From: a virus | Lineage: Duplodnaviria; Caudoviricetes | Strand: one strand, 5' to 3' | Length of the DNA: 64,000 nt | Virus record (IMG/VR): IMGVR_UViG_3300021432_000002 | Location: 124 to 64,123 of that record | Shown: positions 27,192-35,917 of the stretch, piece by piece | Layout of the letters: every line of letters begins with the position of its first letter | How positions within the stretch are numbered: position 1 is the stretch's first letter | Notes under the pieces: generated by a model | Seen by the model: the letters and a program-made list of their open reading frames with translations, nothing else | Database searches by the model: none | What the model was told of the DNA's origin: nothing | Translations under genes and position numbers: made by a program

Positions 27192-28993
27192 CCTTAATGC
27201 CCACGACTCCTCCTCCATCCCCGGATGACGCCGCCGTCGAGCAGGCCGTGCCTAAGTCGGGAAAGGAACGCGCGCTCGGAGCTATCGGCGGCGTGTTGGC
27301 CGCTGGTGGCGGCAGGGAATCCTCTCCGCTTGCGGATGCGATGGAGAAGCACCACCGCCAGCGCATCGACCTCGCACAGAAGCATTACAAGGATTTCCAG
27401 CTTTACACTTCCATCCTCGCAACCGGAGTGGACCCGGACACCGGAGCGCCGCTGAAGGCGGAGGACGCGGAGAAGTATTACAACCTGCGCGAAGCCGCAG
27501 GCGCGGAACTGGACAAGACCGCTGGCGTCAACAAGGACGTGAAGGGCAAGCTACAACGGTTGCGGATGCTGACCGACCATATCATCAAGATGCACCCGAA
27601 GGCCGGGGCGCAGGGAGGAGGTGGCGCTGGAACAGGAACGCAGGAAGCTGACGCAGGGGGCGGAAGCAGGATGACCCCTCCGCCCTCACCGACTGATTCG
27701 CTCAAGCAGAACGCGGACGCGGACAGGCTGCGGCAGGAGGTCGCGGACCAGCGGGAATTCAACCAGTGGAAGAAGCAGCAGGAGACGCTCAAGGATTACA
27801 AAATTCAGGAAACGGATGCCGCTACCAAAGCCAAAGCCGCGAATCCTAACACGCGGGCGGTCATGGGTCCGGCGATTAGCGTTTCCAACGCGAGGCTGCT
27901 CGCACGCGAAGGGAAATCGTTCAACGACATCGACGGCAACCCGATTGACCTTACGTCACTACCGGACTCGATGGGCTTGAAGAACGTCATTCACGGCGGC
28001 AAGTCCTACTACGAGCCCTTCTCGCCGAACTCGAAGGTCATCACGGTCGGGAACGAGACGTACGCGGTCAGCCCAATGGATGTGGAAGCTCTCGGTGGTG
28101 GTGCTGGAACCGACTTGGGTCAGCATCGCACGGCCACAGGCTCAACTGCCGTCAAGGGTGTCAATGAAGGCGGGCTGGACGTGACGCAGCGCACGTCCAC
28201 GCCGACCACGCCAGGAGTGAAGTCACGCACCGCTCCACCGCCTGCGCCGAGTGGTGCCACAAAGCCTACCGCTGGTGCAGGAGGCGGCACAGGCAACCTC
28301 CTGCCCACGCCTCAGAACGCTGGCCGTATCGGGCCAGTGCGCGAGGCCATGACCCAAGTGCTCGGCGACCCGACGCAGCCAGACTTCAAAGCTCTGGGCG
28401 ACTATATGGCCCTTGCGGACGACTCAGTGGTCACGAAGCATGTCGGCGCGGCGCTGGAGCGCGTGCTCACTGGCATGGAGCAGGAAGAGAAGAAGGCTGG
28501 TTCATTCATTACCTTGCTAGAGAATTATGGCGGCGTGCCGCAGGCCCTCGTCAAGTCGCAGGTTAGCATCAACAAGGAATTGATTGGCTCACTGACACCA
28601 AAGGAAGCGGAACTATTCAACGCCAGCATTTCTGCGCTCTCTACGTTCATCGGTATGCGTTCCCTCACTAAAGCGTCAGCCGCTCAAGCCAGCGTCAAGG
28701 CGCTCGAACGCGACCTGCCGCTCGTCGGGAGGAACGTGTTCGACTCGAAGGCGTTCCGGAACAAGATGGGCCGCGCCGCCGAGTCTGTCTACACTGGCTC
28801 ACGGGCTATAGGAGGATTGACGCCCCTTGAACGGAAGCATATCGACGAGTCAGTCAAGAAGTGGAATGCCGCACCAAGCGCGAATGCCAAGTCACGCACG
28901 ACTCCTCCACCAAAGCCTTCCGACGGCGCCACGCACCCGCTGGACGACGAGATAAAGAAGGCCGTCGCGGACGCGAAAAAGAAAGCCGCCTGA
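27188..28993 (+). CDS. Internal virion/ejection protein (601 aa)
   Basis: Ala/Gly/Lys-rich helical sequence; GAIGGVLAAG amphipathic stretch; position in module. Confidence 0.6.
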   Translation: MTLMPTTPPPSPDDAAVEQAVPKSGKERALGAIGGVLAAGGGRESSPLADAMEKHHRQRIDLAQKHYKDFQLYTSILATGVDPDTGAPLKAEDAEKYYNLREAAGAELDKTAGVNKDVKGKLQRLRMLTDHIIKMHPKAGAQGGGGAGTGTQEADAGGGSRMTPPPSPTDSLKQNADADRLRQEVADQREFNQWKKQQETLKDYKIQETDAATKAKAANPNTRAVMGPAISVSNARLLAREGKSFNDIDGNPIDLTSLPDSMGLKNVIHGGKSYYEPFSPNSKVITVGNETYAVSPMDVEALGGGAGTDLGQHRTATGSTAVKGVNEGGLDVTQRTSTPTTPGVKSRTAPPPAPSGATKPTAGAGGGTGNLLPTPQNAGRIGPVREAMTQVLGDPTQPDFKALGDYMALADDSVVTKHVGAALERVLTGMEQEEKKAGSFITLLENYGGVPQALVKSQVSINKELIGSLTPKEAELFNASISALSTFIGMRSLTKASAAQASVKALERDLPLVGRNVFDSKAFRNKMGRAAESVYTGSRAIGGLTPLERKHIDESVKKWNAAPSANAKSRTTPPPKPSDGATHPLDDEIKKAVADAKKKAA

Positions 28994-30462
28994 TGCCCCA
29001 GCAAGCTCAAACTAGTCCCGCGCAGGCCAGCGAGGATTCCGTTAAGGCGTTCATGGAATTGGACGAAGGTGGACAGTCGCGCGCGCTCGCGGGGATGTCC
29101 CCGGATGCGAAGCGATGGCTCCTGCTGGGTGTGAAGGCTCTCAGGAGCACGGAGCCCGCTTCCACACCACAAAAGGAGGACCGTGGCATCCTAGCCGGAG
29201 TCACTGAGAATATCGTTGGCACCGCCAAGGGCATCAAGGGGCTATTTGCGCCGGCGACGGAGGATGACCCTCCGACTGGCGAGAAGATACGAGAAACCTA
29301 CCGTCAGGGCGGCAGGCAGGCTAAGGAACAGTTTCAATCCGGCGTGAAGGCCATCCGCGCGGGATCTCCGGTCGAGGGCGGATTGCAAGTCACCCGCGCT
29401 GGCGTCACCGCTGCGTCGCTCGCGGACCCGTTCGCCGCAGGGAGCGTCGTTAATCTGAATCAAATGCAGGACGAAGGCAGGTATAGAGAGGCCCTTGGCA
29501 CGGCAGCGTTCGATGTGCTGACGCTTTGGGCCGGGAAGAAAGTAGGAGGCAAGCCCTCGACCGCCACGAAAATCAACAAGCTGACGAGCGCCATCGGCGA
29601 AACCGGAGAGACGGTCAAGAACCTGGAGCGCGTCCTGCCAGAGATTGAGCAGACCGCGAAGAGGATGGGCAAGCCAGGGACCATTGGCGCGTTTGCGGAC
29701 AATGTGCGGTCATCGCTGTCACGCCTGCAATCGGAGTTCGATGCGGCGTTTAACCAAGTGAAGTCCCGCCGTGCCTACACTCCAGTCATCAAGAACCACA
29801 TCGACCGCATCGTCCGTGAGAATCCCAATCTAATGCAGACTCCAGAAGGCCGCGCGGAGGTCGCCTCCCTGCGGCGTATCCAGCGGCAGTACGACAGGCC
29901 ATGGACGCTAGAGGACATGAATCTGGAACGATCACGGCTAAGGAAGCAAATCCGGTCGCTGTACGACGCGAAGCCTACGGACGCCGCCGCCAAGATGAAG
30001 CTGGACGCGGAACTCCGCGCGAAAAAGGTCGTCGCAGATTCGTTCTCCGAGACGGTGAACGACCATCTCGCGCATGTTACCGGAAAGGACCGCTTCTACT
30101 GGGACGTGCTGCGCCAGAAGCAGGAGTCGTTCATGGACCTGAACGACCATCTGGACTCGCAGGTCGAGAAGCTCCGCGACAAGCAGGCCGCAAAAGCGGG
30201 AAAGACTATCGGCGAGCGGCTCAAGCCTCACGCCTATGCTTCCGCCGGAGGTCCGCGAGTCCACGTGCCATTCGGGGAAGCGGTTCCGAGCGAGGGAGCG
30301 TCGGACCTCGCTAATCGCAAGGTCCGTCAGGCGTTCGGGCCTACGAAGGCGGGACGGGCCACCCGCGCAGCCATTCTCGCCCTACCCTTGTCCCACCTAA
30401 CAACCGCTGGCGAGGATGTCAAGCAGTCACGGATGACTCCGCCCCCCGCACCTGAAGAGTAA
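28993..30462 (+). CDS. Internal virion/ejection protein (489 aa)
   Basis: TGATG coupling; helical with hydrophobic Gly/Ala segments. Confidence 0.6.
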   Translation: MPQQAQTSPAQASEDSVKAFMELDEGGQSRALAGMSPDAKRWLLLGVKALRSTEPASTPQKEDRGILAGVTENIVGTAKGIKGLFAPATEDDPPTGEKIRETYRQGGRQAKEQFQSGVKAIRAGSPVEGGLQVTRAGVTAASLADPFAAGSVVNLNQMQDEGRYREALGTAAFDVLTLWAGKKVGGKPSTATKINKLTSAIGETGETVKNLERVLPEIEQTAKRMGKPGTIGAFADNVRSSLSRLQSEFDAAFNQVKSRRAYTPVIKNHIDRIVRENPNLMQTPEGRAEVASLRRIQRQYDRPWTLEDMNLERSRLRKQIRSLYDAKPTDAAAKMKLDAELRAKKVVADSFSETVNDHLAHVTGKDRFYWDVLRQKQESFMDLNDHLDSQVEKLRDKQAAKAGKTIGERLKPHAYASAGGPRVHVPFGEAVPSEGASDLANRKVRQAFGPTKAGRATRAAILALPLSHLTTAGEDVKQSRMTPPPAPEE

Positions 30463-31490
30463 TGGTACTGGACGCCCACGCGATCGGGGATTATCAGGCG
30501 TGTCATCGCAAAGGAGTCCTCAGCCGCGACTGGCGCCCTCAAAAATGGCCTCCCAAGCGCCTCTGGGACGCTTGTTTCCGGTCAGCGGTCATATCCATCG
30601 TCCAGCAGGCCGTTCCCCCTGCTCAAGCTGCGGCTGACGCGAGGGCTAGGTTCCTACAGGCCGCCGCCAATCCCGGCCTCGACATCACCACCAATCCCTT
30701 CCTCGCCGCGAAGGACTGGTGTGCTATGCTGGATACAACGTTACGCTCGATGGCTCGGGCGGAACTCCCTCCCCAACTAAGAGAGGTTCCGCCCGTGCGC
30801 CTCAATTCCGGCGTGGAATGGCTCCCGCTGGCGCAATCCGATGGCCAATCCCTACATCGCTTCATTTCGGTGGACCGTTGGGACGACGCCGCACGGTACC
30901 GCGAACTCCACTCCTGGCGCGTCATGGGGGATGTGGCGGTCACGGGGCTGCCCATGGTCCTGCACATCGTCGAAATCGGTCAGATGCGTTCCGGTCGCCG
31001 CGCATCCTTGTGGGCGCGGGCTTGGAAGCATCCCACCATGCCGTCGCTATCCATGCGATTCAAGGGGAAGCTACCTGGAGCCTTCAAGGGATGGAAGCCT
31101 CTGTACCTGTCCGATTCGCATGTGTCGGCGGACGACTGGGTGGAGCAGATGTGGAAGGAGGGCGCAGCTCAAGACCTTCTGCATCAGGTTCAAGTGAAAG
31201 TTCCTCAAGAACATCAGCGAGCAGCCGTCGTAAGGGATGTCTTACAGGAAGCGATAGCCATTCGAGAGCTAACCGAGGATGAAGCAGCATGGTCAGACCT
31301 CCCGATGAGCCGGAACGCCTGCGACGGCATCGTTCCGTGCGAATTTCAGAGTGTGTGCTATTCGGACGGCTTGATTGAAATCGAGAAGCTAGGATTCCGG
31401 CCTAGACTTGAGTCGCCTCGTCCACGCCCATCACCGGAGCTTCCGGCGCGGGAGCCGCAGGGGGAGCCTCAGGCGCAACAGGCTCGCTAG
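30462..31490 (+). CDS. Cas4/RecB-like Fe-S-type nuclease homologue, apparently degenerate
   Basis: N-terminal YQAC.RK and C-terminal ACDGIVPCEFQSVC (1+3 Cys); no clear D/ExK motif. Confidence 0.55.
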   Translation: MVLDAHAIGDYQACHRKGVLSRDWRPQKWPPKRLWDACFRSAVISIVQQAVPPAQAAADARARFLQAAANPGLDITTNPFLAAKDWCAMLDTTLRSMARAELPPQLREVPPVRLNSGVEWLPLAQSDGQSLHRFISVDRWDDAARYRELHSWRVMGDVAVTGLPMVLHIVEIGQMRSGRRASLWARAWKHPTMPSLSMRFKGKLPGAFKGWKPLYLSDSHVSADDWVEQMWKEGAAQDLLHQVQVKVPQEHQRAAVVRDVLQEAIAIRELTEDEAAWSDLPMSRNACDGIVPCEFQSVCYSDGLIEIEKLGFRPRLESPRPRPSPELPAREPQGEPQAQQAR

Positions 31491-31977
31491 TCGCGGCGGC
31501 GGGGGGATTCGCCGCCCACCATTCCGCATACTCGTCGTAAATCGCAGTCACCTTCTGTGCCCGCTCCGGGTCGGAACTCCAACTCTGCGAAACCTGCTTC
31601 ACGTACTCAAACTCATCCTGAGCCGCAAGCGCCGCCGCATAGTGGGGATACTTGGAGGCCAGCCTGCCGAGCGTGTGCATCCGGTCGAGAAAGCAGGCGT
31701 GGAAGTCCGGGTAGCTGACCCATGCCGCGCCCACGACCTTCCACTCACCGTCCAAGAATTCCTTCGTGGGGAGCGAAAGCGTCCCATACTCAGGGTGCTG
31801 GTGCTGCTTCATGCCAAAGAGATTCTTGGCGTCCCGCGCCAGCACGGAAGCGCCAAACACTCCGGCATGCGCGGATTCAAGCGCCGCTTCTGCGGCGGCC
31901 ATAAGAGGATAGATGTGCGAGCCTTGCGTCGCAGCCTGCTCCGTGTCCTGAATCCACTTGGCGTTCTCGGGAGTCAC
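31402..31977 (-). CDS. Endolysin, GH73 glucosaminidase/FlgJ-like
   Basis: AEAALES, AKNLFGMK, PTKEF, WSSDP (YATDP equivalent). Confidence 0.85.
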   Translation of the reverse strand: MTPENAKWIQDTEQAATQGSHIYPLMAAAEAALESAHAGVFGASVLARDAKNLFGMKQHQHPEYGTLSLPTKEFLDGEWKVVGAAWVSYPDFHACFLDRMHTLGRLASKYPHYAAALAAQDEFEYVKQVSQSWSSDPERAQKVTAIYDEYAEWWAANPPAAATSEPVAPEAPPAAPAPEAPVMGVDEATQV

Positions 31978-32201
31978 GGCAAAAGCGCTTCCTGCGGGAT
32001 CTTGCTCAAATCAATCGGCTGGCCTACTTCTGCCTGCCATGCTGCCAGCGCATTGGTCAGAATCTTCTGGAGCGCTTGCTCAATGGCGATGGGGACCGCT
32101 GCTCCAGGTATGGCGGAGAGTGCCTGAAGCGCCAGATTGATAATGAGCAGGATACTTTGCAGCTTGCTTCCCGCTGGAGCGGGTGTTGGTGTGGTAGCCA
32201 T
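31974..32201 (-). CDS. Small amphipathic/hydrophobic lysis-cassette protein
   Basis: Hydrophobic helix ILLIINLALQAL; coupled to the endolysin gene. Confidence 0.6.
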   Translation of the reverse strand: MATTPTPAPAGSKLQSILLIINLALQALSAIPGAAVPIAIEQALQKILTNALAAWQAEVGQPIDLSKIPQEALLP

Positions 32202-32587
32202 TATTTGCCTGCCTTCGCCGCCGCGAGTGCGGCTGTTTGTGCGTTCACATCGTTGAGCTTGTTCTGCAAGTCCGTGGATTGCGCGGTCGTGGCTGCTCCA
32301 GCCATCGCTGCTGTGTGGTAGACCGTATAGCTGGCTTGTGCCGCATCATAGGCGCGAATCAGGCCGTTGAGCGTATCGTGGATTTTTGATGTCCAACTTG
32401 CCGGGAACGCATTCCCAGCCAGGTCTGCCTTAGTGGATTCGATGACGCTATGTGCCACGATCAGCGTATCGTAACTCCCGCCATCAAAAGTATTGGCCTG
32501 GTTCGGATGCGGGTGGTTCTTCAGCGCACCACAGCCCCCCGCCGCCAAGAGCATCACCAGCCCCAGTACTACGCAGAATCGCTTCAT
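32201..32587 (-). CDS. Lipoprotein (spanin-like)
   Basis: MKRFCVVLGLVMLLAAGGC lipobox; helical body; RBS AGGAGG. Confidence 0.7.
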   Translation of the reverse strand: MKRFCVVLGLVMLLAAGGCGALKNHPHPNQANTFDGGSYDTLIVAHSVIESTKADLAGNAFPASWTSKIHDTLNGLIRAYDAAQASYTVYHTAAMAGAATTAQSTDLQNKLNDVNAQTAALAAAKAGK

Positions 32588-32650
32588 CGTTCGCCTCCTG
32601 TCAGAGTCTACCTGCTTTGGCCCGCACTGCAAGTTCTTTTTTATCGTGTG

Positions 32651-33220
32651 CTATTTCCGTTTAGGCTCCTCGTCTCGCGGCGGGAGTGCGGGGGCTTGCC
32701 TTGCTATGCGCTCTGCGTCTGCGAAATTCGCTTCCAGCCACTTCACGCAATCTTCGTGAGATTCGTATGTGTCAATCAAATCCATGAATGCTTTGGCTCT
32801 GTCGCGCGGCGACTGATAGTTCTGCCCCGCTCCCGTCAAACTTTCCCGCTTGGGGGCAGGGGCCTCCATCGTAACGCTCAATGAGGCTTTCATCGGGTCG
32901 TAGGGGCAAGTTAGATGGACTTCTGAACCAGGGCCCCAGCAAGTCCGTGTTCGCTGCTCTACCGGAATATCGCCCCGATTAGCTTGTCCCGCTTGCTCGT
33001 TCGCTGGCGAGGGGGAGGCGAGGGCATCAAGAACCTTCTCCAAAAAGGATACTTCGTCCCCATGAAAATTAGCTGTCGCGTTAGACGTTTCTATGGTTAC
33101 AGATTCGCCGCGACTAAGCCGCTCATTGATGTCCCGCCATTTTTCTTGATTAGCTTTCAAATGCGCTAGGCGCGACTCAATAGCTTCTCGCAGCCCCGCC
33201 CGTTGCTCTTTGCCGCTCAT
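32651..33220 (-). CDS. Hypothetical protein
   Basis: ORF with RBS in the chain of overlapping small genes. Confidence 0.55.
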   Translation of the reverse strand: MSGKEQRAGLREAIESRLAHLKANQEKWRDINERLSRGESVTIETSNATANFHGDEVSFLEKVLDALASPSPANEQAGQANRGDIPVEQRTRTCWGPGSEVHLTCPYDPMKASLSVTMEAPAPKRESLTGAGQNYQSPRDRAKAFMDLIDTYESHEDCVKWLEANFADAERIARQAPALPPRDEEPKRK

Positions 33221-33420
33221 GGCTGCTCTCCTTTGCGCTCGCGGTCGAGCTTTTCGCGGATAGCTTGCTCGATGAAATTGCGCCGCGCTGTCCAAGCATC
33301 AAATAGTTCTCGTAATGTCGGTTCAAACATAGGCTTCTCACTAGCGACGATTACTTGGAAATTGTCGCAGTCATTATTCCACATTCGCAGCACGATGAAC
33401 TTTTCAAACGGTCCGCTCAT
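33217..33420 (-). CDS. Hypothetical protein
   Basis: ATGA coupling on both sides. Confidence 0.55.
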   Translation of the reverse strand: MSGPFEKFIVLRMWNNDCDNFQVIVASEKPMFEPTLRELFDAWTARRNFIEQAIREKLDRERKGEQP

Positions 33421-33665
33421 TTCTCTTCCTTCTTCGCCCGGCGCAGTAGCTCGACGGTCACGCGCCACTCTCCCGATAAGTCAAATTCATGCCAGCGTGC
33501 GGCGGCAATATGATTCTTTAGTTGGTCCGTAACGATGTATTCTCGCGCCGGGCTAAGGATGAATGTCTCACGAGCTAGAACGCGCTGCCTCGAAACCTGC
33601 TCGCCATGCCTTCGCGCTCGCGGCCTGCTCAGCTTTCTGGATTTTACTTTTAATGCTTCTTTCAA
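33417..33665 (-). CDS. Hypothetical protein (start uncertain)
   Basis: Stop coupled to the next gene. Confidence 0.4.
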   Translation of the reverse strand: MKEALKVKSRKLSRPRARRHGEQVSRQRVLARETFILSPAREYIVTDQLKNHIAAARWHEFDLSGEWRVTVELLRRAKKEEK

Positions 33666-33798
33666 GGCTTTTCCTCCTTACTGCTTCGACTTCCGGGCAT
33701 GTGCATTCGCTCATCAGCTTCATACAGCCATCGTGCAAAACTATTCCGCACACTCGTTTCCGCTTGGCTTTGCCGCTCTCCAGCTTCCCGGTGGTCAT
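33568..33798 (-). CDS. Hypothetical Cys-containing protein
   Basis: ATGA coupling with the upstream gene. Confidence 0.45.
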   Translation of the reverse strand: MTTGKLESGKAKRKRVCGIVLHDGCMKLMSECTCPEVEAVRRKSLERSIKSKIQKAEQAASAKAWRAGFEAARSSS

Positions 33799-34034
33799 TG
33801 GCCAGCCTCCCGCTTCGTGAGTGGACGCAGTTCATCCGGCGTCGTGGCAAAGGTGCTCGCATCGTTGCCGCGCTGAACTACCACGAAACCAATCGGCGTG
33901 ATCTGAGTGATTCGCAAAAGTTCTCTCCGATAGGCCCGCACAACTGTTCCAGAGCTATTCGTCAGCTTGGCGCGAGCGGCCACCACTTGTCCTACCTCAA
34001 ACCCCTTGCGCTTCCCGGTGGAGCGGGTCGTCAT
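33795..34034 (-). CDS. Hypothetical SH3/KOW-like protein
   Basis: FEVGQVV...ELRPLTKRE; coupled starts and stops. Confidence 0.55.
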   Translation of the reverse strand: MTTRSTGKRKGFEVGQVVAARAKLTNSSGTVVRAYRRELLRITQITPIGFVVVQRGNDASTFATTPDELRPLTKREAGQ

Positions 34035-34258
34035 GGGCGCACCGCTCTCAACTTGTCTTGCACGGCGTATTCTGCGAACCACAGATCGGCCCAAACGTAG
34101 GCTTCGTAGGTGTGAATTCCGCCTAGAACTTTACTCCATCGGCCTTCGCCAACGACATAATCCCGTGCATGGCGCACCATTCTCAAAATCCTTCTAAGTT
34201 TCCTTTCGTTCACCGCTCCCTCTCTTTCTTGCCCTCGCGCCCGGCTCAAGTACCCCAA
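34031..34258 (-). CDS. Hypothetical protein
   Basis: Stop coupled to the next gene; start probably an internal GTG. Confidence 0.45.
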   Translation of the reverse strand: MGYLSRARGQEREGAVNERKLRRILRMVRHARDYVVGEGRWSKVLGGIHTYEAYVWADLWFAEYAVQDKLRAVRP

Positions 34259-34533
34259 CCCGATCCTACAGTCTTGGGCAGGACATCTTCCGCTCGTTTG
34301 TTCTCGACGCTTCGCTGCAAAATATCTTTCACGTTGACTAGAACGTTGAGCGCCGCGAGCGATAGCATCGCTTTCATCTGTGGACTTGTGTACTCAAGCC
34401 CTACTTCTTCGCAAGCGCGAATGACTTGCCGATTAGCGACAAGCCACAATCCGCCAAGCTTCGCGCCTTCGTTATGGGCCTTGTCGAAGATTTTCAGCAT
34501 CCTGACGTTATCCACTTTTCGTTTAGCGCTCAT
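34246..34533 (-). CDS. Hypothetical protein
   Basis: RBS GAGGGA; ATG at 34533. Confidence 0.55.
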   Translation of the reverse strand: MSAKRKVDNVRMLKIFDKAHNEGAKLGGLWLVANRQVIRACEEVGLEYTSPQMKAMLSLAALNVLVNVKDILQRSVENKRAEDVLPKTVGSGWGT

Positions 34534-34564
34534 CGTCCCTCTTCCCTTCCCTCTCTGCGCCTGC

Positions 34565-34927
34565 TCAGTGACACTTTCCTTCGCAGCCGATATGTCCGCA
34601 CTTGCCGCATGTCGGCGCTTCCTCGATAAGTCCTTCTGGTCTCTCCCAAACTCTCCCATGTCGCCGCGCTGCTCTACACTCGAACCAGCCTATTGCGTTC
34701 CGCAAGTGCTCTATCGCTTGCTCCGTCTCCTCGCATGGAATCTGACTGTTGACGTATTTGGAGCGGTCAATCAGCGCCCGTAAAACTTCCTGCATCGTCG
34801 TGCCTTCGCACGTTCCTACGTTGCCGGGGTAGCCTTCGCCCTCGCGCTTCACGAACTGCAAGATTTCCTCGCCATCGCCGTCAAGGTGTCGCAGCGCATA
34901 GCGATGTCCAGCATCAAGAACTCTCAA
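34565..34927 (-). CDS. Tad1/Acb2-like anti-defence sponge candidate with C-terminal Cys/His cluster
   Basis: GTT..EVL.ALIDR..Y.N...PC.E...AI.HL..A..W.E.R...R..R resembles the Tad1/Acb2 helical motif; TTG start with AAGGAG. Confidence 0.5.
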   Translation of the reverse strand: MRVLDAGHRYALRHLDGDGEEILQFVKREGEGYPGNVGTCEGTTMQEVLRALIDRSKYVNSQIPCEETEQAIEHLRNAIGWFECRAARRHGRVWERPEGLIEEAPTCGKCGHIGCEGKCH

Positions 34928-34940
34928 TCTAGCTCCTTGC

Positions 34941-35423
34941 TTAAACCTTTGCCTCCAGCACGAAACAGGCCACATGCCTACCAGTTCCCTTGCCAGCAGA
35001 TCCGTCCTCCGTCGCGGTCCAGCGCACATCCCCAAGATTCGTAACTTTCGCACCTGCCGCCAAGAGCATCAGCACCCATTTGTCAATCGGATAGACGAGC
35101 ACGACGCGCTTCCCTTTCGCGTTCTCTAAAATCGCCTTCCTCGCCCATGCGGTCGGCCCCTTCTTTTTACCCTGATGCATCACGGATCCAAACGGCGGAT
35201 TGACGTAATTCGATTGGCCCCATTCACAGGTGAGCCCGTCGAATCCGTCCGGCTGAGGATACGGGCATGGGTCAAAGTCGAATGAATACTGCGCGTCAAG
35301 TCGAGCGTAGAGATCCGCTGGCGTAAGCCAATAATGTTTCCCGTCAGCAGAATTGCCACTGTGGAACTTGTTATCGCCTACCCATCCCCTAAATTTGCGC
35401 GTGCTCTTCAACCGCTCTCCCAT
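34941..35423 (-). CDS. Phage Dam-family DNA N6-adenine methyltransferase
   Basis: WLTP..LY..LD...FDFDPC and YVNPPF motifs. Confidence 0.8.
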   Translation of the reverse strand: MGERLKSTRKFRGWVGDNKFHSGNSADGKHYWLTPADLYARLDAQYSFDFDPCPYPQPDGFDGLTCEWGQSNYVNPPFGSVMHQGKKKGPTAWARKAILENAKGKRVVLVYPIDKWVLMLLAAGAKVTNLGDVRWTATEDGSAGKGTGRHVACFVLEAKV

Positions 35424-35429
35424 GCCCCT

Positions 35430-35627
35430 TCACCTTCCCTCAACTTTGCGGCGCTGCTCCGACTCTTTGGCAGGACTCAGCAGCAAGAGATTCAGTGCTT
35501 CTGCGAATTTGTACCAGAACTCATCTGATTGATGTGGCGGTTCTATCGCAGAAATCCGCATCCAGGTTTCATAGACCTGCCGCTCAGTGAGCAACACGAC
35601 AAATCTCTTCCCTACCTGTTTTCTCAT
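35430..35627 (-). CDS. Hypothetical protein
   Basis: ATGA coupling. Confidence 0.5.
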   Translation of the reverse strand: MRKQVGKRFVVLLTERQVYETWMRISAIEPPHQSDEFWYKFAEALNLLLLSPAKESEQRRKVEGR

Positions 35628-35869
35628 GCGTCTTTCCATTCGCCGCGCACCAAGAAGCCATGCTTTTGTGTTCGCTGACCTTTGTCGTGTCCCTCAACGA
35701 GAATGGACGGATGTACAGTGATAGTGCCATCTTCGTGTTCTTCAACTTTGTGATTCGCCAAGTTGCCGACACCGCAGCCGGGCAAGTACATCAGCCAAAT
35801 CCCGTCAGCCTTCCAATAGCAAATCTGCGTGTCATCTAATTGCTCAAATCGCTCAATCCGTTTCGCCAT
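35624..35869 (-). CDS. DUF6527-like small protein
   Basis: PGCG...ITVHPSIL...HGFLVRGEW. Confidence 0.55.
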   Translation of the reverse strand: MAKRIERFEQLDDTQICYWKADGIWLMYLPGCGVGNLANHKVEEHEDGTITVHPSILVEGHDKGQRTQKHGFLVRGEWKDA

Positions 35870-35917
35870 CGTTCATCACTCCTTTGCGCCGTGTCTCCCT
35901 GCGGAGCGCGGCGCGGG

